Shown: positions 63,671 to 64,000 of the stretch, piece after piece
Position numbering within the stretch: position 1 is the first letter of the stretch
How the letters are laid out: each line of letters opens with the position of its first letter
Assembly (NCBI GenBank): GCA_951406725.2
Contig: OX597830.1
Coordinates: forward strand, 17,050,001-17,114,000
Origin: Octopus vulgaris
Taxonomy: Eukaryota
Direction: 5' to 3'
Length of the DNA stretch: 64,000 bases
The notes under the pieces: generated by a model
Told to the model about the DNA's origin: nothing
What the model saw: only the letters and a program-made list of their open reading frames with translations
The model's database searches: none
Made by a program: the position numbers and the translations under genes

Positions 63671-64000
63671 TACTCCTAAAATTACGGGGTCACAGCTGGA
63701 AATGACTGATTAAGTTTGTGCATCAGGACCCATTTGAGCTAAAAAGACTACCTTCTAGAGATGAAGATGGAGCCTCTATGTGGTCGTTACACATGCCAGA
63801 AATAACAACCACATTTTCATCAAATCAAACCTGTTATATATATATATATATATATAAAATAGTGTACATTTAAACACGAAAGAAAACAATCTTTAACAGA
63901 TAATTTTTACATGCTAGAAGAAGCAGTCAAAACGACCCAATCCACATTTAATAATAAATTACCTGTTAAAGGGTAGTTTTCTCTTGTGTTTAAATGTACA

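Overview
AT-rich eukaryotic DNA dense in microsatellites and transposons, most likely from a cephalopod (Octopus-like; inferred from the SINE/RTE repertoire and the long (TA)n/(CA)n tracts). One real host gene is supported. It is the 5' end of an SH3BP5/SH3BP5L (parcas-like, Rab11 GEF family) gene on the minus strand: CpG-rich promoter near 33.5 kb, coding exon 1 at 33425-33487 and exon 2 at 23244-23306. I could not find exon 3 in the window, so positions 1-23243 are probably all intron 2. A decayed, intronless, 3'-truncated RPL13A retrocopy lies at 60520-60883. The rest is mostly mobile DNA: three tRNA-headed SINE groups, a 2.8-kb decayed RTE LINE plus many copies of its 3' UTR, CR1/Tx1/RTE fragments, two Penelope-like (PLE) coding remnants, two non-autonomous Helitron families, and hAT, Tc1/mariner and GGATC-ended MITEs. 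The most notable unexplained signal is a set of four unrelated short repeat families that each carry a minimal type-I hammerhead-ribozyme-like motif, including non-canonical cores (CUGUNGA and UUGAAAA). Other points of interest are a PHD-like finger inside the RTE reverse transcriptase, templated insertions, a SINE-internal insertion hotspot, and inverted repeats around the host exon. Almost all ORFs in the supplied track are microsatellite or repeat artefacts. Family assignments come from recalled motifs, not database searches, and element boundaries were read by eye.
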